Sequence record: NC_031107.2
DNA: 64,000 nt
Reading direction: 5' to 3' (one strand)
The notes under the pieces were generated by a model. That model did not search any database. It was not told the DNA's origin and saw only the letters and a program-made list of their open reading frames with translations. Shown here piece after piece: positions 1 through 10,446 of this stretch (positions are counted from its first letter, which is position 1; each line of letters opens with the position of its first letter). The position numbers and the translations under genes were made by a program.

Positions 1-1
1 C

Positions 2-373
2 GCCCTCGAAGAAGGGATTCTGGATGACGTGTTGAGTGTCCTGAAACACCCCATTGAGGCAAAAGACAAGAAGCTTTGTGTCACGATGCTGGGTTACGGC
101 CATGATTTCACAGACGAGCCGCAAATCATGCAGAGCTTTGTGAATGGGCGTATGGATGTGGGGGCAAACTTTACCAGTGGGGCCAGTGATAACCTGGTAA
201 CGCTGTTGGTGAGTCGTGGACTCCCGTCTTTCGACTATACCGGGGCCAGTATTAAACGTGTGAAAACCACCGCCGAATCGCGTGCGAATAAATTGTACGA
301 TAACGTGCTGGTTATCACCAACGTTAACGATCCTTACGTCGGTGGCGATTGGCTGCTGCACTACAACGATTAG
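2..373 (+). CDS. Virion structural protein, C-terminal part (5' end outside window)
   Basis: Frame open from base 2 (ALEEGILDDVLSVLKH...) to TAG 371-373; first gene of the + strand structural block. Confidence 0.6.
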   Translation, partial: ALEEGILDDVLSVLKHPIEAKDKKLCVTMLGYGHDFTDEPQIMQSFVNGRMDVGANFTSGASDNLVTLLVSRGLPSFDYTGASIKRVKTTAESRANKLYDNVLVITNVNDPYVGGDWLLHYND

Positions 374-384
374 GAATAAAACGA

Positions 385-1272
385 ATGGCAATCTATCAAC
401 CATCGAAGGACGTCATTCTGGCTGCTATCAATGCACAGAACTCCATCAGCGTAAAGCAGACGGACATTGTGTACAGCGCGCCGAAAGACATTCGTGGTAC
501 CGATAAAGGTAACACGACCAAAAAGAATACCCAGGTAAAAGTGACCGCCGATGGCGTTGCCGGGTCTACCTGGTCAGGTAAGAAGAACGTCTTCTACGAC
601 CGTCTGCAAATCCAGGACTTGGTTACCCTGATTGGTGACACGCTCTATATCGGGCCATCCAACACCAGTCTGCAAGCGGCGATTCCAGCCCTGAACCTGC
701 GTTACGGTTTTGTGTTTGAAACGGCTGATTTGCTGGAAGCAGAAATTGTCTGGAACGATGACAAGACTGCCGGTACCGTGAAGGTTACCGCGAACCCAAC
801 CTCACTGGGCTGGATTGGCGAGTACAACTTCAAAGTCGCGAAGGGTGACGAATCTCTGCCGTCGAAAGTGACGACCAGTACGCTGTCTGGTCTGAAATAC
901 CCGAACGGGCAGATGGGTTCCGAAACGGTCAGTGCAACAATTGCACAGGTGTACTCGTACCCGTACGACTTCACGCAGTACCACGACCTGTTCAAGTCCT
1001 TCGTACCGGGCGTACTGACGGGCGACAACCTGGCGAACTTCGTCAATGCGATGAACGCTATCACCGGCGGCTCGTGGGTCACCACCAACAACGCCACCTG
1101 GGGTCTGTCTGGGGCAGAAGTCATCTCTATCGGTGCCAACGACCCAGTCGCGATGCCGACCAACGCGAAGTACAGCTTCGTGCTGGCTGTGAAGATGCCT
1201 GCGTCCAACACCGCCGTTGTGGGTACCATGTATCTGCAGTTCAATAAGCCTGAAGACCCGAACGAGGTGTAA
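385..1272 (+). CDS. Virion structural protein with the shared N-terminal 'IN..N...RNT...G....YxR' module (295 aa)
   Basis: ATG 385 after TAGGAA RBS (track start 349 moved); N-terminus aligns by eye with genes at 1276, 2176, 5553, 8906, 14603, 15208. Confidence 0.75.
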   Translation: MAIYQPSKDVILAAINAQNSISVKQTDIVYSAPKDIRGTDKGNTTKKNTQVKVTADGVAGSTWSGKKNVFYDRLQIQDLVTLIGDTLYIGPSNTSLQAAIPALNLRYGFVFETADLLEAEIVWNDDKTAGTVKVTANPTSLGWIGEYNFKVAKGDESLPSKVTTSTLSGLKYPNGQMGSETVSATIAQVYSYPYDFTQYHDLFKSFVPGVLTGDNLANFVNAMNAITGGSWVTTNNATWGLSGAEVISIGANDPVAMPTNAKYSFVLAVKMPASNTAVVGTMYLQFNKPEDPNEV

Positions 1273-1275
1273 TGT

Positions 1276-2121
1276 ATGTCACTGAACTACGGTAAAGTCT
1301 CCGACTTACTGGTGTTCGATCTGATAAACCGGGACAACCCCGGTTTACCGATTCCGGTAAGCGACCAGAACGTCATCGTGGAAAAGATTACCACGGTACA
1401 ACCTTCTGCTGCTACAAACAACCGTAACACCCAGGCCCGTTTGCGTGGTGTGCAGGGCGCAGGTTACCGCGACTCTATTACGCTCTATTACGATCGTATT
1501 AACCTGGGACGCATCATCCCCTGGTGGAGTCTGGGTACCAACACGCGTACCGCGGCAGGCATTACCAGCTTTACGGCTGCGTCGTTGCACGACTTACTGC
1601 CTGCCATTCTGGATGCGTACGGGATTAACCTGCAACCCAAGGACGTGCAGAACGTCAGCTTTGCTGGGGTAGGTCAGGCGAACTACAACCTGACCTACAA
1701 TTGCACCGCATTGGCGACTTCACCTGCCTACGTCAGTAGCTTTACGGGTTATCTGAAACGCGGTCTGCCGGTACTGGATACGTCCATTACCATCGATACC
1801 TTAAACGTCATGAAACACCCGATTAGCCTTGATGGGAATCAGAAGTGTGTGGACTTGATGACCTGGGGTATTGACTTCACCGCGTACAAGAACCTGTTGG
1901 CCGTCACCTCGGGTGGTCTGACGCAATGGGCAGGTCTGCGTAATCTGCTGGACAGCCTGGGTGTGCCGAACTATGCTGCACCGTTGAACTCCAACTTCGT
2001 GCAGGATGTCGCCACCTCCACTAACCAGTGGGCGAATAAAGACTACGACCGCGTGGTGATTCAAACCGGTATCGATGAGACCGGGGCGAAGGGTGTAGCC
2101 TACTATCACTACAACAACTAA
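1276..2121 (+). CDS. Virion structural protein, paralogue of the preceding gene (281 aa)
   Basis: INRDNP...RNTQ...GY...LYYDRINL module. Confidence 0.75.
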   Translation: MSLNYGKVSDLLVFDLINRDNPGLPIPVSDQNVIVEKITTVQPSAATNNRNTQARLRGVQGAGYRDSITLYYDRINLGRIIPWWSLGTNTRTAAGITSFTAASLHDLLPAILDAYGINLQPKDVQNVSFAGVGQANYNLTYNCTALATSPAYVSSFTGYLKRGLPVLDTSITIDTLNVMKHPISLDGNQKCVDLMTWGIDFTAYKNLLAVTSGGLTQWAGLRNLLDSLGVPNYAAPLNSNFVQDVATSTNQWANKDYDRVVIQTGIDETGAKGVAYYHYNN

Positions 2122-2124
2122 ACC

Positions 2125-2150
2125 AAGGGCCTGCGGGCCCTTTCTTTTTT
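2125..2150 (+). terminator. Intrinsic terminator
   Basis: AAGGGCC-TGCG-GGCCCTT followed by TCTTTTTT. Confidence 0.8.
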
Positions 2151-2175
2151 GTCGTAGGTAGGCTTAGGAGTCGCT

Positions 2176-3594
2176 ATGCAATTCTATTCCAAAAAGGCGC
2201 TGCAGTTAATCTACGACCAGGTGAACCGGGATAACCCGGATTTACCGATTAAGATGACTGCTGATGTCGCGGCACTGAAAACAAACCCAACGGCTATTAA
2301 TGCGAACGGGCGTAATACCCGTGTGGTGTTTGTTGCCTATCCAGGGAAAGGATACCGAGGGGAAATCACCCTCTATTACGATCGTATTAACCTGGGGCAA
2401 ATGTTTAAACCGAGTCTGCGGCCACTGATTAACCTACCCACGACAGTGAAGACGTTGACAGATGCACTGCCGTATCTGAATGACGCGTTGGGGCTTAATC
2501 TGACCGTGGACGACCTTCAGACGCCATTACTGACGCTGAACCCGACTAGCACACCGACTACCGCACAGGCAGATATCCTGGCGGCGTCTCCGGCGTTTCA
2601 AGGCGCGGTGTATTTCTCTTATCAGTCACCGGTAGTGGGATATTACCCCCGTTCGGGTCCTGGCCCTAAAACCTTGCGGGCGGGTAACGAACTGATGGGC
2701 TACTTCGGTAGGGTGGATGCGGCTGAACTCTTTACCCACTCTGAACTGTTTAACCTGGTGTTAAAAGGCTCAGGGGCATCAGTAGCGGGCGGTACCGAGG
2801 GATGGTATAAGTTCTTTTATCAGGGCGGGATTGTCTACCTCCCGGTTACGCCACTCGCGTCTGCGGTCAGTTGGGCTATGGTGTATAACGCAGGGATTGC
2901 CTACGGTGTAGAAGGAGTCGGTGCGTACCCAACCACGACGCCTGTGAGTCAGTCGAAAATCCTGACTAAAACCACCGCGGAGGGTAAGTTTTACCTGCGT
3001 CCACGCCTACCAACCGCAAGTGTTAACGATCCCATGACCGCTGCCACCGGCACAGTAGCCACAGGCGATTACGCAGGCAGTATTCTCGAGATGATGCTGA
3101 AAGTGCGTAACGGGACGTGGGAATCTAACACCGAGGGGGCGTGGGGTAACTGGACCATCTTCCTGAACAGTGTAGTGGGTCAAACCACATCCAACAAACT
3201 GGTAACCATGTTGGCTCAGAGTGCAACGAATATTCCCAAAACCCAATCGGGTGCAGGGTATTATTGGTGGCCTGTGTTGGAGTTGGTTGATACGGGCACG
3301 ACCCTTCTGAAACTCGAAGACCTGACCGGGAAACTCGAAACGAGCTTTACCCCGATTGTGGCCAGTCGTGAACAGAAGTTCGTGTTAGCGCCTCTGTTGC
3401 CAAGTGGGCCGAAAACAACATTGTTCCAACCGGTTGTTGCGACACCTGAGAACAAGATGTCTTTAACACCGCTCAGTCCGTCTGCTCCGAAGACCGTGGA
3501 TTTCCGTCCGGTCGCGGTAACAGCAAGCCAGGTTGATGCACCCGTGAAAACAAATCTTTCCTCCCTCAATGGTGAATTGGGTGGGTTTAATTAG
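2176..3594 (+). CDS. Putative tail fibre/virion protein, cassette gene A1 (472 aa)
   Basis: Shared N module + GPG..GYFG..WYKF..G.VY domain ending WPVLEL + Pro-rich repeats + C-terminal NGELGGFN. Confidence 0.7.
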   Translation: MQFYSKKALQLIYDQVNRDNPDLPIKMTADVAALKTNPTAINANGRNTRVVFVAYPGKGYRGEITLYYDRINLGQMFKPSLRPLINLPTTVKTLTDALPYLNDALGLNLTVDDLQTPLLTLNPTSTPTTAQADILAASPAFQGAVYFSYQSPVVGYYPRSGPGPKTLRAGNELMGYFGRVDAAELFTHSELFNLVLKGSGASVAGGTEGWYKFFYQGGIVYLPVTPLASAVSWAMVYNAGIAYGVEGVGAYPTTTPVSQSKILTKTTAEGKFYLRPRLPTASVNDPMTAATGTVATGDYAGSILEMMLKVRNGTWESNTEGAWGNWTIFLNSVVGQTTSNKLVTMLAQSATNIPKTQSGAGYYWWPVLELVDTGTTLLKLEDLTGKLETSFTPIVASREQKFVLAPLLPSGPKTTLFQPVVATPENKMSLTPLSPSAPKTVDFRPVAVTASQVDAPVKTNLSSLNGELGGFN

Positions 3595-3606
3595 AGGTAA
3601 GACACC

Positions 3607-4602
3607 ATGGCGTTTATATTGCGCTGGACAAACCCGAACACACAGAGCACGGTTATCAATATCTACCGTGACACCAAAGACATTTTGACCAGTGCGTTAC
3701 CGGCCCCGATTGCCACGTTAAGTAACGGGGAAACGGAATGGCGTGACACCACTGCACAAGGTGGCAAAACGTACTACTATCTGATGACCGTGACGGCCAA
3801 CGGGAAGACCGTTGCAGGGCCGTCTACCCCGTACACCATCGCGGTGAAACGCGGGATGGGGCCAAACACCTTTATTCACGGTGACGATAAACTCGGCTTT
3901 ATGGGTGTGGTGCCCTACGAGGAACGCTTTGATGTCAATCAGCTTCCTGCCACGTTCCAGGCCATGTTCCCGAACGTGTTTACTGACCGTCCAGTGTTGT
4001 TGAAGTTCAGCTATTACGGCAAGATTCTGTATGTGCCTGAGTTTACGCCAGCTATCGGGTTTGCCAGTTGGGCAGCACTCTACACCAACGGGCTGATTTA
4101 CGGGCGGGATGACAATGGCCCTGAGGGTGGCTGGGGTACGCTGACACCTACCAAGCAGGATGCGAAGGTTATCCATAAGGGTGACGTTTACCGGATGCGT
4201 GTACCGCGTGGCATGGTCGGTCAGAACGCCAGCGAAGTGTTAGCGTTTAACAACGATTATCAGTTGAAAGACCACGATGCGACCGACCTTGGTCACAACG
4301 AGTTTAACGACCTGATGTATGCGATGGTGCTGGATTTCCCGGCCAAGCAACGTGCGATTAACGCCCACGTTTATTCTTCTACGTACTTCGGTGCGGGGGG
4401 TGTAGTTAGCAGTTCACCACAACTAAATGGTGGGCTGGTGTGTATGGAACATGACAGCGGGGCGGAGCGCGTACTCCACCGTGGGCTATTCATGAGTGCT
4501 GCAATAACAACATCATCCCAAGTCAGTGTGATGCAACGCATCAACTACGTGACCCCGCAGCAGGTCGGTCGTTATATCCCCATCTTTGAACTGGTAGAAT
4601 AG
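3607..4602 (+). CDS. Virion protein, cassette gene B1; FN3/Ig-like N-terminus + shared C domain (331 aa)
   Basis: LRWTNPN..INIYR..TLSNGE..W.D..TYYY pattern; ends PIFELVE. Confidence 0.7.
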   Translation: MAFILRWTNPNTQSTVINIYRDTKDILTSALPAPIATLSNGETEWRDTTAQGGKTYYYLMTVTANGKTVAGPSTPYTIAVKRGMGPNTFIHGDDKLGFMGVVPYEERFDVNQLPATFQAMFPNVFTDRPVLLKFSYYGKILYVPEFTPAIGFASWAALYTNGLIYGRDDNGPEGGWGTLTPTKQDAKVIHKGDVYRMRVPRGMVGQNASEVLAFNNDYQLKDHDATDLGHNEFNDLMYAMVLDFPAKQRAINAHVYSSTYFGAGGVVSSSPQLNGGLVCMEHDSGAERVLHRGLFMSAAITTSSQVSVMQRINYVTPQQVGRYIPIFELVE

Positions 4603-4610
4603 GAGCAGGT

Positions 4611-5540
4611 ATGACCATTCGTTTAAGCTGGGCTTCACAAGCCAGCAAAAACCTGACTGCTATTGAAATCTATCGTAAAGTCGGGTATGCCGCCACCATC
4701 GACGTAAACGCCCCTGGAACGCCGTATAAGACGCTCTCGCCAACAGCCACAGAGTTTATCGAGAATGTGGCTGACGTCACGGAGAAGACCATCTACAGCT
4801 ACTGGGTGGCAGGTGTGAAAGATACCGAGCGGTTGTTCGGTGGACGTATCGTGCAGGGGTTCTTCCTGGACACTGGCCCAGGCCCACAGACCATTCTCCG
4901 CGGGGATTGGTATTGTGGTTACTTTGGGCCGGTGGCTGCTGCGGATTTCTTCACCACTGCCGAAATCAAAGCACTGCTGCCTACTAACCAGGCGGCGTTG
5001 TTTAGCAACGAACCGAATACGTGGCACAAGTTTATCTATCTGGGGAAAATTGTGTTCATGCCGGGTACCCAACATGCCCAAGCGATTTTCTCCAACGTCT
5101 ATTCCCGTGGCATGGCATACGGTACCGACGACAACGGAAGCATTGTACCTTCCGGCATTACGGCAACCAAACAGGATGCCCGTATCACAAAGAACGGCCG
5201 TACGTATCGCATTCGTTTACCGCGTGGCGATGCCTACGACAACAAACTCGATGTCGTCAACGGCGAGTGGTTCTCGACGATGGGTCGGATGTTCAGCAAC
5301 GCCAATGACTCGTCGAAAACGTTGGATGTGAACGGGGTAGGGCGTGGTAAGTTCGGCGGGTTACCTTTACTGGGCACCACCGCCAACCAAAGCGACGCTG
5401 GGGCGCAATGTCTGATGCCAATGTATGCCGCAGGTACCGTGTTCTTCGCCTACGGCTACCGACCCGATGCGTGGACAACGACTTCTTCTTTATCCTCGAA
5501 CATTGGCATCTCGTTCGTGTTTGAATTAATCCTCCCGTAA
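4611..5540 (+). CDS. Virion protein, cassette gene C1 (309 aa)
   Basis: IRLSW..IEIYR N-terminus; GPGP..RGDW..GYFG..WHKF; ends FELILP. Confidence 0.7.
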   Translation: MTIRLSWASQASKNLTAIEIYRKVGYAATIDVNAPGTPYKTLSPTATEFIENVADVTEKTIYSYWVAGVKDTERLFGGRIVQGFFLDTGPGPQTILRGDWYCGYFGPVAAADFFTTAEIKALLPTNQAALFSNEPNTWHKFIYLGKIVFMPGTQHAQAIFSNVYSRGMAYGTDDNGSIVPSGITATKQDARITKNGRTYRIRLPRGDAYDNKLDVVNGEWFSTMGRMFSNANDSSKTLDVNGVGRGKFGGLPLLGTTANQSDAGAQCLMPMYAAGTVFFAYGYRPDAWTTTSSLSSNIGISFVFELILP

Positions 5541-5552
5541 TGGAGACGCACC

Positions 5553-6956
5553 ATGGGGTTTTACAGTGATACCTCGCTGACACTGTTGTGCCAGCAGATA
5601 ATCCGTGATAACCCCGGACTACCTTACCCGCTGACGAAAGACAATGTCCTTATCTTAAGCGGGCCCCTTACTTCCGGTGTCAGTGGTAGCGGCCGTAATA
5701 GCCGCATCACGTTAAACGGGAAACTGGGGTCAGGTTTTTCGGGGCGTAAGGAGTTCTTTTACGACCGCCTTAAAATGGATTCGATTTACACCAGCCTGTT
5801 GTCGAAGCTGGTACTGACGATGCCTAACGGTGTGGCTACGTATGCTGACCTGTTACCCACCATTAATGATGCGTTAGGGTTAGGTTTAACCGCAAGCGAT
5901 CTGGCTACCCCGACCACCGCGTTGGGGCTAGGGCGTACGCCGGTCTCGGTGACACTGACGATGGCCACGACCTGTCCGTGCTTTACCGGGTCGCTGACGC
6001 TGATGTGGCAACGTGGAGCAACCGGGATTTATCCGGACTCAGGGCCTGGCAGTAAAACGATGGTGATGGGTGACATGAACGAAGGGTACTTCGGGATGGT
6101 GACTCAGCAGGAGCTGGCCAAGGGGACGGAAATCTTTGCCGCGTTTGCGGAAGGGAAGTCTTTGGGAACAGCGGTTGGTTTAGATACCAGTGATTTGTTC
6201 TGGTTGAAATTTGCGCTCGATGGGAAAGTCTGTTACTTCCCATCACGCAACATCGGTGCCAACCTGGTGTGGAATGACCTCGCCAATAACGGGGCGGCTC
6301 GCGGCGACGCTTCCTCGCCGATTGCGTTTAAAGCCAACGATGGCACGAATGTGTTTGCGCAACTGCGACTGCCGCGTATCAGTACCACCGAGGTGGTTAA
6401 CCCGGCGCGGGGTGATGCGACATCTGACGCGGAACGCCTGTTTAATAAAGTTCACAAACAGACGTACGGTACGGGCGTCTGGGATGAACTGTCAACCATC
6501 AACATGGCCGAGGTGTTCTGGTGGTTAAACCGTTATACAGCCTCCAGTGGCAACTCCGCGGTTATCTCCCAGTTTAACCTGGCTTCCGTCAATCCGCAAC
6601 CGATTGTCAATACACACAACTGGCGACCGATGCTTATCCTGGTGGATGGGAAACTGTATCTGGTGCCCGTGCGTAACGTCAAAGGGGAGATGGTCAGTAG
6701 CGTGGCCAAACTACCGGTGCTATTAGACCGGAATCCTGACCCTAAAATGTTGGTCAGGATGTATGATGTAAACGGCACGCAGTACCGGACGGTTAAACCG
6801 CTGTCGGTATCCCAACCTGCACCGTCCCTGCTCCTGGCCCCGACTAACACCGTCTTTAAACGCACACTACAGCCACTGTCCGTTGGGGTAACTGTAAACG
6901 TGGTGGCACGGACTAATCTCGCTCAAACCAATGGTGAATTGGCGGGCTTTAAATAA
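5553..6956 (+). CDS. Putative tail fibre/virion protein, cassette gene A2 (467 aa)
   Basis: Paralogue of A1; ends TNGELAGFK. Confidence 0.7.
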   Translation: MGFYSDTSLTLLCQQIIRDNPGLPYPLTKDNVLILSGPLTSGVSGSGRNSRITLNGKLGSGFSGRKEFFYDRLKMDSIYTSLLSKLVLTMPNGVATYADLLPTINDALGLGLTASDLATPTTALGLGRTPVSVTLTMATTCPCFTGSLTLMWQRGATGIYPDSGPGSKTMVMGDMNEGYFGMVTQQELAKGTEIFAAFAEGKSLGTAVGLDTSDLFWLKFALDGKVCYFPSRNIGANLVWNDLANNGAARGDASSPIAFKANDGTNVFAQLRLPRISTTEVVNPARGDATSDAERLFNKVHKQTYGTGVWDELSTINMAEVFWWLNRYTASSGNSAVISQFNLASVNPQPIVNTHNWRPMLILVDGKLYLVPVRNVKGEMVSSVAKLPVLLDRNPDPKMLVRMYDVNGTQYRTVKPLSVSQPAPSLLLAPTNTVFKRTLQPLSVGVTVNVVARTNLAQTNGELAGFK

Positions 6957-6965
6957 GGGTACGTT

Positions 6966-7994
6966 ATGGCTTTAAAACTTACCTGGAGCAACTTGAACGT
7001 CGTTCCGACGAGCACCCGCATCTACCGTAAAGATGTGGACTTTGACTCCAGTTCACTCCCGGCTCCATTGGTCACCCTGTCTAACGGTGAGACCAGCTGG
7101 ATTGACCCCGATGCAGTAGAAGGCAATACCTACTACTACATCCTTGGCAGTAAAACCGATGTCGATGAGGTGTTCACCGCCAGTCAGAAAATCCTCGTGG
7201 CTGATAACCGTGGGGTAGGTCCGAGTGTGCTGAAATACGGCGACACCCAGTTGGGTTACTACGGTGAAATCCTCTCCGCGGACTTCGTGAACAGTTCCAA
7301 CGTTCTGGCTGTTGCGGCATCCACGGCGGGCTTGCCGGGCACTTTGGTACAACCGACCTGGCACAAATTCGTGCGTAACAACAAGATCATCTATGTTCCT
7401 GACCAGCCTTTCGGTAGTGCCACCTGGCAGTACCTGTACCTGGCGGGATTTGTGTATGGTGTTGATGCAAATGGCCCGGCAGGTTATATCAGTACAGGGC
7501 TGACCCCGACCAACCAGAACCGCATCGTCGAGTTCAAAGGCCAAAAGTACCGGGTACGCTTGATGCGTGGCTGGAGCGATGGTCCGCAAAGCGATGTAAT
7601 GAACTGGTCGAAGGGCGGTAACATGGATACCCTGACCGAGGCGACCGATAACGAGTTCAGTGATTTCATTTATTCGATGTGTGCGTTTGTGGCATTGAAA
7701 CAACGTACCCCGAACTGGAATAACTTCTCAATTGACAAGTGGGTGTATACCCCGCTGTCCTCGTATGACTCGGGCACTATCAACAACTGGGCACTCCAGT
7801 TCCGCTGCGTAGTGCAAGAGCGCTTAAACGATGGTTCTGTACTGAACCGTGGGGTGCGCTCACTGACTTACGGTCAGAACGTGGGTAACCCGTCGACGCG
7901 CGCAAACATGACCGCGATCAGTAACTCGGTTGTTAACCAAACACTCATCTGGATTCCAGTGCTGGAACTGGTTGAACAAACGGTCACGCTCTAA
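6966..7994 (+). CDS. Virion protein, cassette gene B2 (342 aa)
   Basis: Paralogue of B1 (LKLTWSN..RIYR..TLSNGE). Confidence 0.7.
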   Translation: MALKLTWSNLNVVPTSTRIYRKDVDFDSSSLPAPLVTLSNGETSWIDPDAVEGNTYYYILGSKTDVDEVFTASQKILVADNRGVGPSVLKYGDTQLGYYGEILSADFVNSSNVLAVAASTAGLPGTLVQPTWHKFVRNNKIIYVPDQPFGSATWQYLYLAGFVYGVDANGPAGYISTGLTPTNQNRIVEFKGQKYRVRLMRGWSDGPQSDVMNWSKGGNMDTLTEATDNEFSDFIYSMCAFVALKQRTPNWNNFSIDKWVYTPLSSYDSGTINNWALQFRCVVQERLNDGSVLNRGVRSLTYGQNVGNPSTRANMTAISNSVVNQTLIWIPVLELVEQTVTL

Positions 7995-8004
7995 GGAGGC
8001 GTAA

Positions 8005-8895
8005 ATGGGCATCAAGCTCAAATGGGGTGACGTGTCAGCACAAGCTCTCGATGCGATTGAGATTTACCGTGCAACCACGCCTATCTCGAGCAGTAATCCT
8101 GGAAGTCCTTTAGTGACCTTAGCCGGTACTGCGCAGAACTACGAAGATAACACCATCACCAACAAATCCCTCTACTACTATCGTGTTGCTGCGAAGAAAG
8201 GAACGGAGCGGGCATGGGGTGATAACTTGCTGGCAGGCTATTATGCTGAAACCGGGCCAGGGCGCAGTACCCCGTTACGTGGGGATTGGGATGTTGGTCT
8301 GATGGACTTGGTACCAGCAGCGAACTTCATTACCAACGCGCAGCTGCGTGCCAAAGTTCCTGCGCTGGCCGCACTGACGGTGAGTAACGAACCGACGAAC
8401 TGGTACAAGTTCTTCCGCAAAGGGAAGGTGCTGTTCATTCCGGACACCACTATCGTTAGTGCAAACTGGAACCAGCTGTACAATGCGGGTTTGATGTACG
8501 GTACTGATGACACCGGTCCGCGTCCAAGCGGTGTGGCCGCCGGTACGGTCAACCAGAAAACCGTGGTCAACATCAACGGGTTAAATTACATCCTCCGTTG
8601 TCCGCGACTGTCACCACTTGGGTTTGACCAGTTCGTCACCACCCAGGCACAAACCGAAGGGTCGGAGTGGCGCGATACCATGGGGCGTTGTTTACTGTCG
8701 GGGCTGGAAACCCAACCCAACCAGAAAACGCGTCTGTATGACGCCACCAGTATTCCGTTGGTGTTCAGCCCACACTACACAGCAACAGGTGCTGTATTGC
8801 GTACCGGTGCCGCCGCTGCGCCAGAAACCTTGGCATCCATCGTCCCGACGGCCGGACAGGCGGCGGCGATGGTATTAGAACTCATCATGCCTTAA
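8005..8895 (+). CDS. Virion protein, cassette gene C2 (296 aa)
   Basis: Paralogue of C1 (IKLKW..LDAIEIYR; RGDW; ends LELIMP). Confidence 0.7.
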   Translation: MGIKLKWGDVSAQALDAIEIYRATTPISSSNPGSPLVTLAGTAQNYEDNTITNKSLYYYRVAAKKGTERAWGDNLLAGYYAETGPGRSTPLRGDWDVGLMDLVPAANFITNAQLRAKVPALAALTVSNEPTNWYKFFRKGKVLFIPDTTIVSANWNQLYNAGLMYGTDDTGPRPSGVAAGTVNQKTVVNINGLNYILRCPRLSPLGFDQFVTTQAQTEGSEWRDTMGRCLLSGLETQPNQKTRLYDATSIPLVFSPHYTATGAVLRTGAAAAPETLASIVPTAGQAAAMVLELIMP

Positions 8896-8905
8896 CGGAG
8901 GGGTT

Positions 8906-10435
8906 ATGGGGCTTTATAACAAGACGTCCCTCGAGTTGCTGTGTCGGCAAATCGAACGGGATAATCCTGCCCTCGCAGGAACACTTGACGCCAACACCAT
9001 CATGGTGCTTGGCGGCCCCTATACCGCGAATCCTACAGTAAGCGGGCGCAATGCCCGCATTATTCTAAACGGACGGCTGGGTAACGGATTTGCCGGGAAG
9101 AAAGAGTTCTTCTACGACAGGCTCAATATCGGCCAGATGTTCAAAGGGATTACCGTGGTATTTCAGGCAAGTGGGTCATCAAAAACCTATGCCGATTTAT
9201 TACCTGCGCTAAATGCGCAATACGGGTTGGGGTTAACGGCAAGTGATTTAAGTAACGGAACCACCAAGCTTCCGTACGGCTATACCGCAAATCAATTGAC
9301 CCTTAACATTGCCACAACATCTTTAGCCTACACTGGCGCACTTCCGGTTACCTGGTCGCGCCAACCAGTGGGTGAGTTCCCGGAATCTGGGCCGGGGACG
9401 AAAGTCATGCTGATTGGCGACATGAGCGAAGGCTATTTCGGTATCGTAAGCGAAGCCGAGCTGTTCAGTCCACAGGCCATGCTTGATGGGATTAACAAAG
9501 ACAGCACTACGGTGAAAGGGTCACTCAACGGTGTCCCTGCAAACCGTTTCTGGTACAAGTTCGCGCGGGACGGAAAAATTCTCTACCTGGCCAATTACAA
9601 CCACATCAATATCGTGTGGCAAGACTTGTATGCTCGGGGCGCGGCATATGAGGTTGATGTGCCTGCAAACAAACAACACCCGCAGGATAAGGTGATTGTT
9701 CGTCAGCGCCTCGCCATGAAAAAAGAAGAGAATGGCCGGGACTGGTTCCTGTCACCCTGTATGCCAAAACTCTCAGGAAACGACACCTGGGACTATGCTG
9801 CCATCAACCAGGCACCTGACCCCACTGGGGACGTAGCCCGCCTGTTTGCAAAGATTGTCTCCGCAGGCGGGTATGCCACTGGAGAATGGGACGGGCAAAC
9901 CATCGATGGGAACGGCTTCTGGTTCTCCACGGTTTCAGCCAATAACCCTGCAATGGCGTTTGGTTCAAGCATGGTCGGACTAAACCAGGGGATGTACAAC
10001 ACCGCAACATTTACTGGGGGTTGGCGGCCGGTACTGGAATTAGTCAACGCAGACGATGTTGCTATCCCGCTAGAAAACGTTTACGGTTCACCGACAGGTG
10101 TCTTACGTAAGCCGTTGTTTAGTATTGACCCTGACACCGGTGACGTACTGTTAAATGTCAGCGATGTCGAGTGGGCAATTCAGGGCAATCTGCGCCGACC
10201 CTTAGTGGGGATGTCGACTGCACCGTTACTCGGGATAACTAAAATAGCATGGGAGAACCCGATTGGTGTTTCGCCCGTCCGATACGGTATTGCAACTGAC
10301 CCATTACTGTCCGTTGGTCGCGTGCAATGGCAAAATCTATTACGCACCCCTTTGGTTTCACTGACATCTGATTACGTCGAGGTTAGCAAAGTGGATTTAG
10401 TCACCACCAACGGCGAGCTCAACGGTTTTAATTAG
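8906..10435 (+). CDS. Putative tail fibre/virion protein, cassette gene A3 (509 aa)
   Basis: Paralogue of A1/A2; ends TNGELNGFN. Confidence 0.7.
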   Translation: MGLYNKTSLELLCRQIERDNPALAGTLDANTIMVLGGPYTANPTVSGRNARIILNGRLGNGFAGKKEFFYDRLNIGQMFKGITVVFQASGSSKTYADLLPALNAQYGLGLTASDLSNGTTKLPYGYTANQLTLNIATTSLAYTGALPVTWSRQPVGEFPESGPGTKVMLIGDMSEGYFGIVSEAELFSPQAMLDGINKDSTTVKGSLNGVPANRFWYKFARDGKILYLANYNHINIVWQDLYARGAAYEVDVPANKQHPQDKVIVRQRLAMKKEENGRDWFLSPCMPKLSGNDTWDYAAINQAPDPTGDVARLFAKIVSAGGYATGEWDGQTIDGNGFWFSTVSANNPAMAFGSSMVGLNQGMYNTATFTGGWRPVLELVNADDVAIPLENVYGSPTGVLRKPLFSIDPDTGDVLLNVSDVEWAIQGNLRRPLVGMSTAPLLGITKIAWENPIGVSPVRYGIATDPLLSVGRVQWQNLLRTPLVSLTSDYVEVSKVDLVTTNGELNGFN

Positions 10436-10446
10436 AGGACTTTTTC

